64,000 nucleotides of DNA, from assembly GCA_030704615.1 (NCBI GenBank), contig CM060732.1, forward strand, positions 27,156,001-27,220,000, written 5' to 3'. Below are positions 49,460-62,303 of this stretch, piece after piece. The first letter of the stretch is position 1; each line of letters begins with the position of its first letter. The translations under genes were made by a program, and so were the position numbers. Source of the DNA: Takakia lepidozioides (taxonomy: Eukaryota; Plantae; Bryophyta). Below the pieces are notes generated by a model. The model ran no database searches. It was not told where the DNA came from and saw nothing but the letters and a program-made list of their open reading frames with translations.

Positions 49460-50569
49460 TAGGTACGAATATATAACTTTTGTAGTTTAGTTGGATAGAG
49501 CACTGAGTGCCACCGTGGCCAATTCTGCCCTCAAATGTTGCTACCTGTTGAGGGTGATATTCTGGATAGTGTCCCTTGTGCTTGGCGAAGTTGCCTTTAA
49601 AGATGTTATTTTCTCCTCACGATACAGTTAATGATGGTGCTGATATTGTAGTCACTAGGAAATGAACAAGGCGTAAGATACACGGAGGCCCTATTATTCT
49701 TACTGACGCTATGGCTAATAATAATGTATCTTAATTCTGAAGTGATTATGAAGTGATGCTCTATTTTAACACGAAATATTGTGTATTTAAGTATGATGTA
49801 ATTGTTTATAATGAATTATCACGGAACATAAAATGATTGACAAAGTCGGGAAGTTTGAATGTCAAATAATTTGGTTTGTGATCTGTCGAATAAGTTACTC
49901 TTCAGTGGATTTGCATGAAAATATTATTGCATTTGTCCAAATATGATCTAAGTGAGATTGATAATCAGTTGTCTGTTCCGAGAATGTTAATTGAAATTTA
50001 TGATTATGCATGTAGTTTTGACGTTAGTACATTTTTTTTGAAGTATTTAATATGTCAATGTTGAAATCTCCAATGAATGTTGTCGGGCAATGACGTGGTA
50101 CCTTGCGAATGCAAATGTGATAAAAACGATTGTAAAGTCATTTTGGGGGGTTTAGATATCGGAACTATGTGAATTGCTTTTCTTGAATGTTGCTGATGTG
50201 AATTCAGCGCCATTGCATATATGAGTTTCATGGTATTCTAGTAGTTTGGTCGTATAAAATTGTCATGCCGTGATTGTCGTAATAACAAATGAACGAGAAT
50301 TTATAGCTATTGGTAAATGTGGACCAATTCGGATATGAGTGAATGACATTTCAAGTTTCATTGAGACACAATATGTGAGATGCTTGAAGGTTGGGATCAG
50401 AATTTTTATCTTCATAATGTTATTTTAAAGATCAAGTATTTAATGATTATAATTTCGTAATTGTATTATTATGGGCATTGTTAATATGTATTTTGCATTT
50501 GTTCGGGTGTTCTCCATTTCATTTGCAACTGATATGTCTAGTCATTCGTCGCCCAACTTCAGATGTAAC

Positions 50570-52709
50570 CAGTGTTGGTCTGGTATATAGGGGCCAGCCT
50601 GGTATCAAGAATGGTATCAACACTGGTAAGAACCAGACTAGGCTGGTCTCAAACAGTTGTGATACTCAGATGTAAACTAATATACCCCTGGTATGAGATT
50701 TTGTAAGATACGGGAAGAGACCAGACCAGTCTGGTAGCACTTTCGGAATACCAGACTTCATACTCGATGCACGTTCACCTTCGTCTTCTTAGCCTGGTAT
50801 CGATATTCTGCAAACTTAGGGTTCTTAGTAAGCTATGGAGGGTTGTTGCAACTGATTATTGCAATGGCGGTGTTCGTTCATAATGTGTTGGTAGTTGGTA
50901 TTTAGTAGGCGGGGTTTGTGGCGGTTGCACTGAACTTGTGTTTTTGTCTGTGTGTTGTCAATTGAACGATATGTTTAACCCAGCTTATATACTTCCAGAA
51001 TAGGTTTGATTTGGTAAGGTTTGATCGTTCATCATGGATCCCAACTACTTGCATGTTGAGCATGAGGATTTTTCGGAACCTGATGAAGATAAGGGGACAT
51101 ACATAAGGTTGGCAACCGAATCTTTGAGCGAGCACACAGTGGAGATGGCGGCGGAGGTGCTTGCTGCCGAGGAAGAAGCGATTTGGAAAGTGCACCTCTT
51201 ACAACTTGTGAAGAACCAAAAAATTTGGTACCCACATCACAGATCTGCATCTGCTTGGGCGTTTTTTGTGCTCAACGACCCAGCAACAGCCGTGGACGTT
51301 CAAGTTTGTCAAATCATGCGATGTGTGTTATGCCATCCTACAAGCCCACCTTCCAGTTCGAGCAACAGAACCAGATATCGGAAAGGGATTATTGCATACA
51401 ATCCTTCTCATGGCATTACGAGTATGAAGAAACATGTGGGTAACGAACACGGTGTTGCACTCACAAGATATAAAGAGCACAAACGATCTGCAGCTGAGGC
51501 TCAAAGTTGACGCCAAAAATGTAAGAAGAGAAGGAACTCGGCTGCACCCACTGCCATTACGGAGTTCTTTGGTAGCAAACATCCTTACAGATGTAACGAT
51601 CCTGGTCAGCTATACTTCATAGAAGATCTGGTTTTGTTCATCGCCAAAGGTTACATGCCTATGTCAGTTGTTGAGAGTAGTTGGTTACGGCGATTAGTTT
51701 TATGGCAATGTGATAAGGTACGCTTTCCTTCTCGCAAGCAGCTTGTGCATGAGCACATCCCGGCGATGCTAGCAAAAACAATGGAGTGTTACGTACTCCC
51801 ATCCATTGCACAATGTGCCATAGCCACGGCCACTTTTGATTTGTGGATGTCCAGATCAAGATTTGACACTTTTGCCCTGGTCATTAACTTCATCAATGAG
51901 GAGTGGCTTCCATGCCATGTTACTGTAGGTTTGTTTGAGGCACCAGACACTTCTGGCGCAGCACTGGCGGAACAGGTTAAGAAGCTTTTGGCCGAGTACA
52001 AGCTTACGGACAAAATTATCTCGTATGTGAAGGATGAAGGGGCTAACTTAAATACTCTTGCTCAAGCTCTGACATCAGTTGTCTCTTACACACCTCTGGA
52101 ACTTCAATCACCATTTGTTGGTGTTTGTTTTGGGCATCTCATGTCAAAGGCTTGCCAATACGCCACAACTGAGAGCAAAGTGGGTGCTGGAATGAAAGAA
52201 GTTAGCCTTGTGGATGCTCAAAGTGCCTTGCAGAAGACAATAACACGGACTAAAAAATCAGGAAAGGGAAGACATGAATGGGATCTTGCCTGTAAGGAAG
52301 TTGGATTGCGGCCAAGAAAGCTTAAAACCCTTGTCAAAACGCGATTTGCCTCAAAGGTGGTGCTCTTCCAAGAGACCTTGGAATATTCTACAGCGATTAA
52401 CTTGTGCTACAGTCGACAGACATCTCGACTTCAATCTCGGGTACCTGGTGGCTCAACATGGGCCATTGCCAAGGCAGTCACTGAAACTCTTACACCTGTT
52501 GTGAAGCAATGCATTTTAAATCAAACTAGAGGATATTGGCTGTTGTCGGATGTCTTGTTTGCAGCATTCTCTATTGCTACAAAAATGAGTCAAGATTATA
52601 ATCGTCGGGCAGCCAAGAACCCTCCACTAACATGTGGTGATTTTGAGCAAGAGTTGGAAATCCTGTATGCTCGAATGGGACTAGAAGTTATCAATGTCTT
52701 GCGGCCTTT
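50570..52709 (+). mobile_element. hAT DNA transposon, 5' part, interrupted by a CACTA insertion
   Basis: Probable terminus CAGTGTTGGTCTGGTA at 50570, followed by subterminal ctggta/accaga repeats (to ~50800) and then the transposase ORF. Confidence 0.75.
51034..52709 (+). pseudogene. hAT transposase (BED finger and DDE core), one in-frame TGA at 51508-51510, truncated by CACTA
   Basis: ORFs 51034.. and 51634.. are in the same frame, and the gap between them reads open after the single stop. BED finger AWAFF..CVLC..MKKHVGNEH, first D (TFDLWMS), second D (VKDEGAN), CFGH, KTRFAS. Confidence 0.88.
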
Positions 52710-54409
52710 CACTACAAGAGATGAGCGTTTTTAGGACTACGGGTTTGGCGGAGTCATAAAAACTGCGCTAGGTACATGACTACAGAGCGCTGAAATGCAT
52801 TACAGTTTTAGTTTTATGACTTTGTAGTAATGGATATCACTACATGACTCCGGAAAGTTAGGGAGCATTGGTCAAACATTGTTGACCATGATGACAGGGA
52901 TGGTTTATATGACTAGTGTGATATGTTTGACTACACGTGGACAACGTTTCATGGAATCTTATGACTCCATGACTGAAGATGGTTTCAGAGCTCTATTTAT
53001 ACGACTACATCACTACACGTGTCATTTTGAAGGCACATATAATGCAAATAAGGTTGCCCATTAGGTTTAAAAAAATTAAAATTTTTGCTAATAAGGTTGC
53101 CCATTAGTGTAATCGTGAACAGAAAGGAGGGCTGGGACTTGGCGTCTTTTTGTCTCCTGCGCCACACCACATAGCTGAGGGATGGAACGCGATGATAGCA
53201 GGATATGCAGGGGCGTGGGATGGAGGCGTTGAGCAAATGATGCACGAAGGAGAAGAGGAGGAGGAGACGAGACGAGGACAAGCGAGCTCGCCGTTCTTGG
53301 GAGAGTCAATTTGGTCTTAGCAAGCGTGTTTCAATCTCTGACTACTCATCTACGCCGTAGTGGTTTGTCAATTTATTTTACCACTAGTGTGAAACTAGCT
53401 AGGAAATAGCTAGCTTTTACATATTAACATTTGGGATTGGCCCAAGTGTCAATCCAGGGGTCAAGGCAGATTTAGGCCCTGGAGTGGTTATCTTCACGGC
53501 AAGCGCGGGAGGCTCATCTCTCTCGAGTTGAGCCTCACCGCGCCTAGCTATGGCGTCGTAGTGTGGATTCCCTATGGCGTGGGGTGCACTTGGCTTGATT
53601 TGTATTTGAGTGATGAGTTTATATATGCATGAGTTTATGCTTCGGCTTTGTGAGCTCGCACGAGCTTGTGCTTGTATTCTTCCTCTTTATCACTCGAGAA
53701 AGATGAGCTCGTATCTGTGAGTGCCAGATACGAGTTAGTTGTAGCACTTGTGGTTTTTGCTTGAGAATGAGAGAAACCAGGTTGTTATGCAAAGAGCACC
53801 GTGGAGCTCTTGGTTGTTAGAAGCAGAGGTGATGTGGGTTACAAGGTGGTAGACCTTGGCATTCGATCTTCAGCTTCAGAGATGAAAGCACCATGCTGCA
53901 GGTAATTCCAGAGCACCTTGATGGTTTCAGATTTTGTACATGCATGAGCAAGCACGATTGGGAAGAGGACCAGTCAAGAGCAGGTTATAGTGGCGTTGGT
54001 GGCAAAACTGAGAACTGGACTTGGGAATGCGAGCTTTCATTGTGTGAAGGATTGCAAGACCAAGCGAAAGGGCTGATTTGGCTTGGGGCAAATCAGTGCA
54101 CTTTGTGGAGTATGTTGAGATTGGGTTTCAATCTCGAGCTTCAGCATTGAGATGGCTCTTATCATGGCAAGAGCAGGCTGGAACAGGAGCTAAGAGGTGC
54201 GACAAGGCCATGGAATGTGCACCTAGGGTTTCAGAGCTTGGAAGAAGAGCTCTTGCACCACAAGAGGAGTGTCTTGTGGCTGGAAATGTAAGCCTTAGGG
54301 TTTCAGGAGCTTGGCAGAGGCTATGGAGTGCTTAGTCTTGTCTTAGAGAGCATCAAGGAGCCAAAGAGCCAAGATAAGGGGTTGATATAACTACCTCTTG
54401 CGTGAAGAG

Positions 54410-54785
54410 GTTGCATGTGTGGAGCATGTATTCAGTTCATTGAAGCTTCCATCTTCAAGTTTGGAGGGCAAGCAAGGAAGAGGGAAGGGCTGACTCCCCT
54501 TATGTGAGGGCAATGCATGTGTGAAGCATGTTTTCAGCCTGTTGAAGGCTTGTACTTTCAGGTTTGGGAGTGCAAGAAAAGAAGGAAGGGCTGGTTTCCT
54601 TGTAGGGCATGTGTGGAGCATGCTTTCAGCCCGCTGAAGTTTGTATTTTCAGGTTTGTGGGTGCAAGAAATGAAGCAAAGGAGCTGATTCTCTTATGGTG
54701 AGAGTGGGGCATGTGTGGAGCATGCCTTCAGCCTATTGGGGCTTTTGTTTTCAAGCTTTAGAGAGCTAGAATGGAAGGGCTAGGG
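54410..54785. repeat. Four diverged tandem units of about 92-102 bp
   Basis: Core gcatgtgtg(g/a)agcatg at ~54413, 54515, 54607 and 54709, each followed by ttcag..ttca(g/a)g.tt..aagg. Confidence 0.85.
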
Positions 54786-54819
54786 CTCGTTCCCACTTGG
54801 GTGAAAGAAAATCACTTGT

Positions 54820-55471
54820 TGTCACAGACATCGTCTAGAGGAACTTACCAGGAGTAAATACCATAAGTTATCAAATTACCATGTTACCGGAAGTTACCAT
54901 GACTTACCATGATTTATCATGATCTATCATGATTTACCATTACTTACCAAGTTATCGGGAGTTTATCAACTTACCAAGAGTAACTTGAAAAACTGTTCAG
55001 GAAGCTTCATTTGGAGGAAACTTCTCCATGAAGATACCTCATTTGTTTAAGGAAGCTTCTCCATCAAAAAACCTTTGTTTAATCTTGGAAACTGCTCCAA
55101 CAAGCAACCTCCATAGGGGAAGCTTCTTAGGGAAGCTTCTTAGTAGCCAGTATATATAGGAGGTGAGACTGGACACTCTTCAGTCTCGCCAACACCAGTT
55201 CAAGCTACTCTTGTTTCGAGTTCCCAGTACTCCAGTCTAGTTCCTAGTACCCTAGCCCAGTTTCCAGTACCTGATACTCCAGTCCAGTTTCCAGCATTCC
55301 AATATTCAAGTCGTGTTCCAATATCTTGTACTCTTGTTCATTGTTATAAAGATCGTCTTGATTTCTATTTACTCATCGTGCATTCGGCCACGCCGACCTT
55401 GACTTCTTGTCTAGCCTTGTACCTCTAGTCTTATCTCTTGTTTGTCTTCAGTCATGTTCTCGTCCTTGACA
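54820..55471 (+). mobile_element. 5' LTR of a Ty3/gypsy (Tf1/sushi-like) retrotransposon
   Basis: TGTCA...TGACA inverted ends, TATATATA at 55151, PBS-position sequence at 55472-55484, gag ATG at 55510. Confidence 0.8.
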
Positions 55472-55509
55472 GTTTGGTGAGACTAAAGTTTGTTCCTTAG
55501 TTAGTTAAG

Positions 55510-56261
55510 ATGGAAGATACATTTACGGAAATGGTCGCCACATTGCAGAGTCTTGAGCTCCAGATGCAAGAACTTCGTGCCTCTACTGCCCAACTACAAG
55601 CTGATCAGTCCCAAGACCTTGACAATGCTCTCAACAATTTGCAACAACAAATTTCAGAGTTGAAGGAGTCGAACAATGGATCTCTTGTCCCTACTACAAC
55701 AAATCCTACTGCAACAGCTCTTCCAAATCTTCAACAGATTACAATGGAACCAAAGGACAGCATGCCCGAGAAATTTGATGGGACAAGATCAAGATTTCGC
55801 GGTTTTGTTCAACAAGTACGATTGTTCGTACGACTACATCCACAACGCTACTCTGATGAAGGTATTCAAGTAGGATTCGTGGGCACCCTTCTATCAGGCA
55901 CTGCCCTATCTTGGTTTGCACCGCTATTAGAGAAAAATTCGCATTTACTATACAATTTTGAAGCGTTCATATCCGAGTTCACCGCAACGTTTGGAGAGAA
56001 TGATAGAGAGAGAGAGAGAGTTGTAGAGACAAAGATGCGAAATTTCCGACAATGAGCACGTCCAGCTTCCGTTTATGCTGCCGAATTTCGACAACTTGCG
56101 TGCGACCTTGACTGGAATGATAAGAGCATCATTAGTCAGTTTCGATGTGGCCTAAAAGATGATGCTAAAGATTTGTTGCTGACAATGCCAAACGTGAGTA
56201 CACTGAGCGAATTCATCGCCCAAGTCATTGCATGCGATAATCGTTTGTTCGAAAGACGTTA
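55510..56261 (+). pseudogene. Ty3/gypsy gag (Retrotrans_gag; Tf1/sushi, PEG10/RTL1-like), in-frame TGA at 56053-56055, truncated with no pol
   Basis: N-terminal coiled coil, PEKFDGTRSRFRGF..LLSGTALSWF..FISEFTATF. Reads on past the stop as RQ*ARPASVYAAEFRQLACDLDWND..QFRCGLKDDAKD. Confidence 0.85.
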
Positions 56262-56932
56262 AGAAAAGCGATCTGGATAGACGACGACGCTTCGATCTGA
56301 CAGACCAATCCGACATTACCTGACTACAGACACAAGCAGCACACACAAGAGGTCATCGGTCAAATCCTCCATGGGTCAGGACAGGTCAAGGACAATGTGG
56401 TAGGGCACCTTCTTCTTCAACCTATTTCAGCCTGTGTTGCCCTCTCATCAGACTCGGCCGCAAGATCCATATTGAATTCTGTAAGTTAGGTCGTTGGGTA
56501 CATCTGTGGTGGTTTGGAGTGACTTTGGCAAGTTACTGCAGGGAAGTATCCAAAAACATATAATAGAGGTGAAGAGAAGCTTTGGGGTGAACACTTTCCG
56601 ACCCCAATGGTGGGACAATGGAGACAAAAAGGCGAATGTCTGTTGGACTACAGAGAGAAGCAGATGCATTTCAGATTGTGATAAGTAGGGTTGGGGTGTT
56701 TTGGGAAGAACTCCACACCAGTATGGTTGGGGTGTTTGCTGGTAGAATTGTAGGCTGTCAGAGGCATGGATAGCTGAAGGAGCAGGGATAGAATGTGGGT
56801 CCACATTCATCCAAGAGGGCTGGATTTCAAGCTCCACATTACCTATGATTCCCTGTGGAAGGATAGGTACAAGAAACCTACATGGGTAGATGGTCAACTG
56901 GAAGCGGCATGTTGTACTATATGTCATTACTG

Positions 56933-58100
56933 TACTATATGTCATTCCAGAGACTGTCATTGTTGGTCCATGTGTTTTACAACAATGCTATCAATATAAG
57001 ACTCCTAGTTCGCATTGGAAGCTCAATCCCTGCAAGTTCATTGTGTGTGAAGCTCAAACTTGCGATTTGAAGGATCTTGTAGCCAAGTTCATTCAACCGG
57101 AAAGGAGAAATTCTGAAAGCTCCCAAATTTGATGTGGGCAAGCTTATGGAGGTAAGACTTAGCTTCTCTCATCTAATGTAAGTGTTGGATAAGTTTCATT
57201 TAGTGTCGACCTTCACTGCATATATTGGCTCTTTTCTTGGCTGGTTTCATATTTTCTTGGCTGGTATGCTGTTGGTTGGCTTCTTTCATTTCACGTGTGT
57301 AGTGGAAGGGGAGAAGTACTTTCCTAAGTTCTGCTGCAGCAATGTCTTTTTCCAGCCTAGATGTTTTCGATGGATACAAATTGAAGTGCTTTGAATGTTG
57401 CTGCAATACTATAATAAAGTGGAGGGTGATGAATGCAGTTGGCCTTGCTTCGTGCAGGCATAATCCAGGGAAATGTGGACATAGTTGAAACCCCATGATA
57501 GCATTTCCAGAGGACGGTGTGGATGGCCTCACAATCCAGCATGCAAAATCCATGACAATGTAGAGCTGGCTGAATGGGCAAACAGGTTAAGTGGCGAACA
57601 AGCCACGTCACTGGTACATAGTTGCATGCTTACATAGTACATGAAAGCGTACTATATGTCATTCCCGAAATTGACCATGTTGGTCCATGTATTTTACAAC
57701 AATGCTATCAATAAAAGACCAATGGTTCGCATTGGAAACTCTATCCCCGTAAGTGGCTTGTGCGTGATGCTCAAACTTGTGATTTGAAGGATCTTATACC
57801 CCAGTTCATTGCAGAGGTCATTGGAAAAGACATTGAGAAGGCAACAGCCGTTATCTATAATCTACAGATCCCCTTCAATTTGATGTGGGAAAGCCGGCTA
57901 GCTGGAGGTCTAGTCTCACTTTCACTCATCTAATGTCAGTGTTGTATCCATTTGCAATGTGGACATGTTTGAAACAACATTGGAGCATTTCCAGAGGATG
58001 GTCTGGATGGCCTTTCGTGGCGTGTGCCGAATCCATGGCAAGAAAACATTGCAGGCAGAACCCATGGCAATGGTACCAGCACGGGTTGGTCCAAAGCCAA
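56933..58100. repeat. Diverged internal tandem duplication within the CACTA element (unit 1 ~56933-57649, unit 2 ~57650-58100)
   Basis: Shared blocks gtactatatgtcattcc..ttggtccatgt.ttttacaacaatgctatcaata, ttgatgtggg..ctcatctaatgt, aatgtggacat..agcatttccagagga.ggt.tggatggcct. Confidence 0.85.
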
Positions 58101-58262
58101 TTGCAACAACAAATGAATAAAGGGTGCTGAAAGGAAAGCACTCCATAATTGATCATAAAATCCAGTGTCCAAGCATGATATCTTAATGGGAATGCGAAGG
58201 GAGTGTTACCACCTTAAACTATCATGCATGGTCTATGACTGGAGTGCACAAATCGCGCATAT

Positions 58263-61200
58263 CTAATCTTCATCATCCTCATCTATGTCTGGGTCACTAC
58301 ATGTATCACTGTCTTCATCACAGACTTCATCTTCTCCAAAGGTTGGCTGAACATCATCACCACGTATACGGGGTGCTCGGAGGTACAAGGAGGCCACCTG
58401 CTCTGGAATAACCAATACCGCTCGGCTGCATGTTAGGCCATCAGTAACCACAGTCTCCTCTAGTCTTTGTGGGAATAACAATCCTTCCACTTCCGCCACA
58501 TCATCATTATCAATTGATATGTCGCAGACCACTCTACGTGCTCGGGGGCTCTTCTCCAGGACGACTTTCCACCCCGGCTCCTTCACACAATCAGAAAAAA
58601 ACACTTGATCAACCTGGCCAGGAAACACAAAAGGTTGCTCAGAAGGTGGAAGCATACGGTTAAAATTGACAAGTGTGAAGCCAGCATCATCCTGTTTTAT
58701 TAACATAGGTTGACGACCCACGCGACTCGCCTGTACCCACGAACACAAAAACACTATAGGTTGTGTTTGGCCATAGTCAATTTGCAAAATCTCCCTTATA
58801 AGACCCACATATCTTGTAGGTTCCTCCATGTCATTGCCTGAATTGTTGGTAATGGGCTGGTGCTGGAAAACAGATGAGACTCCACAATCAAAAGACACCA
58901 TACTTGTTGTGTTCATGCCGGGGGATGTAACCCTGTAATGGTTACCATACGCTGTCATACTCTTGAATGACAGGGCAGTAAATGATGGAGGCCTTGAAAG
59001 ATCCAGTAATTCCTCACGTGTTGTAGGATCAAGCCCATCTGATTGAATTGAGAGATGATCCCGTACACCTTGAGGGAGCCAAACAGCAAATGGAGGACAA
59101 GGATGCAAATCAAGATGGTACTGAATTGCCGTGGGATTGCTCATGCCTTCCAGCCCTTGCTCCTCACAAAACAAGCGTCGTCTGGCTTCTATCCGTGTGG
59201 ACTCTACTTCATATATCCTGTCACAATCCGAGGGTCAGCCAGGAGATTGACAGAGGTGGCGTGGAAGATTTGAAAAGACGCCATATGCCAACTAATGATA
59301 AATGACTAAAACTTGGAAATTTGAATGTCAATGAAGTAGATTTCTTACCCCAACATGACTGATAGACGAGGATGGTTCTGAATGATGTACTCATGTACAA
59401 TATCACACAGGTCATTCAATTTTCGGGCTTTAGAACTTCCTTCCACAACTTCACGTTCAGAGTATATGGCAGGATTTGATGGAAGTGTACGAAGGGTGTG
59501 GGATGCAGATGAGGCAGAATCTGTCATTGTCCGCTCCATGGGGTACATCCAACGAGATGCTACGGGCCCGCATAAGTACAACTCATCCACTAGGTGAACA
59601 ACCAGATGTGTCATCACATCAAAAAATGATGGTGGGAACTCCTTCTCTATAAGACACAGAGTGAGAACTGCTTCAGTTCTCAATTCCTCATACTCTACAG
59701 GATTCACCACTTTTGCACACAACTTCTTAAATACACGACATACTCGCAAAATGGCCCTTTGAGGATCACTTGGCATGAGCCCACGGATAGCAAACGGTAT
59801 AATTTGCTGCATGAGCACATGATAGTCATGTGATTTCATGCCTGACAACTTCTTCTTCACCACATGCTTTTTGAAAGCTGATGCGTAGCCTGTTGGCACT
59901 TTCAAATTCTGCACAATCTCCAGAAAGACTTGTAACTCAGCCTCAGTGAGGACATAAGGGGCAGGAGGCATAATTAACGTATCTGCTCTGTCAGGATCAC
60001 ATTGTAGCCACAATTCCGGGCGCATCCCAAGTAGCTCCAAATCACGGCGAACTTTCAATGTGTCTTTATCACCAAAGATAGTTTTAATAATAGTTTCAGC
60101 CAAGTTCTTCTTGCCATGCATTGCGTCAAATGTGTGGCGGATGAGGAGACCCTACAAAATGAACACATAAGCAATTGAGCATTTACTCATCACAATTTAA
60201 ACAGAAAACGCAAAAATGTACACAGCCAATTTAAAGGCCATGAAGGAATTACCTCCCAATAAGGTAAGACATATAAAATTGACAATCGCTTAACTCCATG
60301 AGTTTTTGTTGGGTCTGTCCTGCTATCTGGCGTCCCTCCGTTTTCCACCCATGCAGTGCGAGCTGTTGCAAGGTCCTTGATTTGTGTTCCAGTCTGCGTT
60401 TTTGGAGGAGTTCCATGCTCAGTAGCGCCATTGAACATTCTTGACCTTCTATATGGATGATTGCGGGCCAAAAATCTTCGGTGGCCTAACATGTGTGTAA
60501 CTGCTGTGAAGTCACCCCTGGTCCACAAGCTGGACAACCAGCATAACCTTTCGTCACTTGACCTGAGAGCAAGCCATATGCAGGGTAGTCATGGATTGAC
60601 CACATCAACACTGCCCTCAGTGTGAATTCGCGTTGACCACGAGGACGGGAAACATCATGAGCTGCAATCTCTCTCCATAGTTCCAAATAGCTCTTCCACT
60701 AGGGGCATCAAGTAAACATCTACGTTGTCCGAGGTAACAGACTCCTTACCAGGAATCAGTAGCGCTAACATGACAAAGAACTTTTTGGTCATTAACCACG
60801 GAGGCAGATTGTAATTGACCAAGAGAACGGGCCATGTGCTCCAACTTGTGGATTGAGCTCCGTAGGGATTTACACCGTCTAAGGCCAATCCAAATCGCAG
60901 AGATCGTGGCTCTGCAGCAAAATCCGCAAATGTGGTGTCAATGTGTCTCCATGCTTTGCTATCAGCTGGATGTCGAACCAACCCATCCTGGCTCTTATGT
61001 CTGTCGTGCCATGTTATGAGGTTAGCGATTGATTTACATCGATACATACGTTTCAACCTTGGAATGCCAGGGAAGTGTCGCAATACTTTCTTGGGCACAC
61101 TTCCACGACCTGGAATGTAACGGGAACTGCGGCACACTGGGCAAATGTCTACATTCTCATACTCCCCACGGAAGAGTACACAACCACGCTCACATGCATG

Positions 61201-62303
61201 AATCATCGTGTACTGCAATCCCATCTTGGCAATCATGGTTTTTGCTTCATAGTGAGTTTTCGGCAATGAATTCTCTTTAGGCAAAAAACTCTTACGCAAC
61301 AATCCCAGAAGCTCATCCACAAATGCATTGGTGCACTTGTGGGTAGTGCATGCGTTCAGCAACGTCAAAGTTGCTTGCAGCCGGCTGATGGAGCACCCTT
61401 CAAAAAATGACATTGCGACGCTCGGAAGAGTTTATCATACTCGGGATCAACATGCAGGTGAGCATTCTCATCAAATTCATTGTCTCCGGAATCGTCGAGA
61501 TCATCGGCATGATCGGCAAATGTGTGATCGGTTCCACCATGAATGGGGTCCTCTCTGTTTGCATCTGCAAAGAGAAACGCTTCCTGCAATGCACGCTGCA
61601 TTTCTACCCCCAATCCACCACTCTCATCTGCGTTCTCTGTGACATTGGGCTCCCGCTGTGCCGCAGGGCCTTCGTCTTCATCATCTGAATATTCACATCC
61701 CTGCATCCCAATAGTCATCTTGTGAGTGGACCAACAACGATGTGACACTTGTTCATATTATGACATAGGAGGGACGGTGACGTTGCAGTGATGCAGTCAT
61801 ATTTACGTATGTATCTTATGAATATACACCCAATCAAAACACGACATTTGTAACCATTGAAGTCATAGTTGCAGTCACTTACTTAGTCATATATGACTAC
61901 ATGACTACACATGACCAATGAAAACACGACATGTGCATTAATTAAAGTGATAACGGAAGTGGCGTAGTCATACTCATGTCTGTGTCTTATGACTTCTTGA
62001 CTACAATCATCCAACAAAATGTTTGTGGAGAAGATGATCGTTGCATTCAAAATTCAAACTAAAGTGCTGAAGGGAAAGTGGCGATCTTACCGGAAGAGAA
62101 CAGCGTTGGAGAAGAGGATCCCTCCCGTGTATGATGTAATGATTCCTCACTGTTTCCAACAAGAGTACTTTTCCTCCATGACACTCATTGCAGTTGCATA
62201 GCATTTTTATATGCCCATTCCTTGTGGCATAAGCTTCTTCCATTCGCCATAGACGGTCATCTATTCTACGCCTACGCATCCGTTCGCCACCTGCACTGTA
62301 CAT
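58263..62303 (-). pseudogene. CACTA Tnp2 transposase (transposase-associated domain, Transposase_21, DUF4218, DUF4216), frameshifted
   Basis: CNCNECHGG..VRNHYIIHG; IHACERGCVLF; GLALDGVNP; STWPVLLVNYNLPPW; IHDYPAYG; FDAMH; MKSHDYHVLMQ; FPPSFFDVMTHL; WMYPMER; YVGLIREILQIDY..EQPFVFPGQVDQVFF. Frame changes near 61410, 60680 and 60520. Introns at 60252-60152 and ~59348-59218. Confidence 0.9.

Noticed and set aside
49460-50569. AT-rich stretch as a foreign or viral insertion
   Set aside because: No ORF or motif support; probably old TE-derived sequence.
53440-54400. A second LTR and PBS
   Set aside because: LTR-like composition, but no convincing TG..CA pair or PBS could be defined.
54410-54785. 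CRISPR-like array
   Set aside because: Eukaryotic context, and the sequences between the conserved cores are homologous to each other, so it is a tandem repeat.
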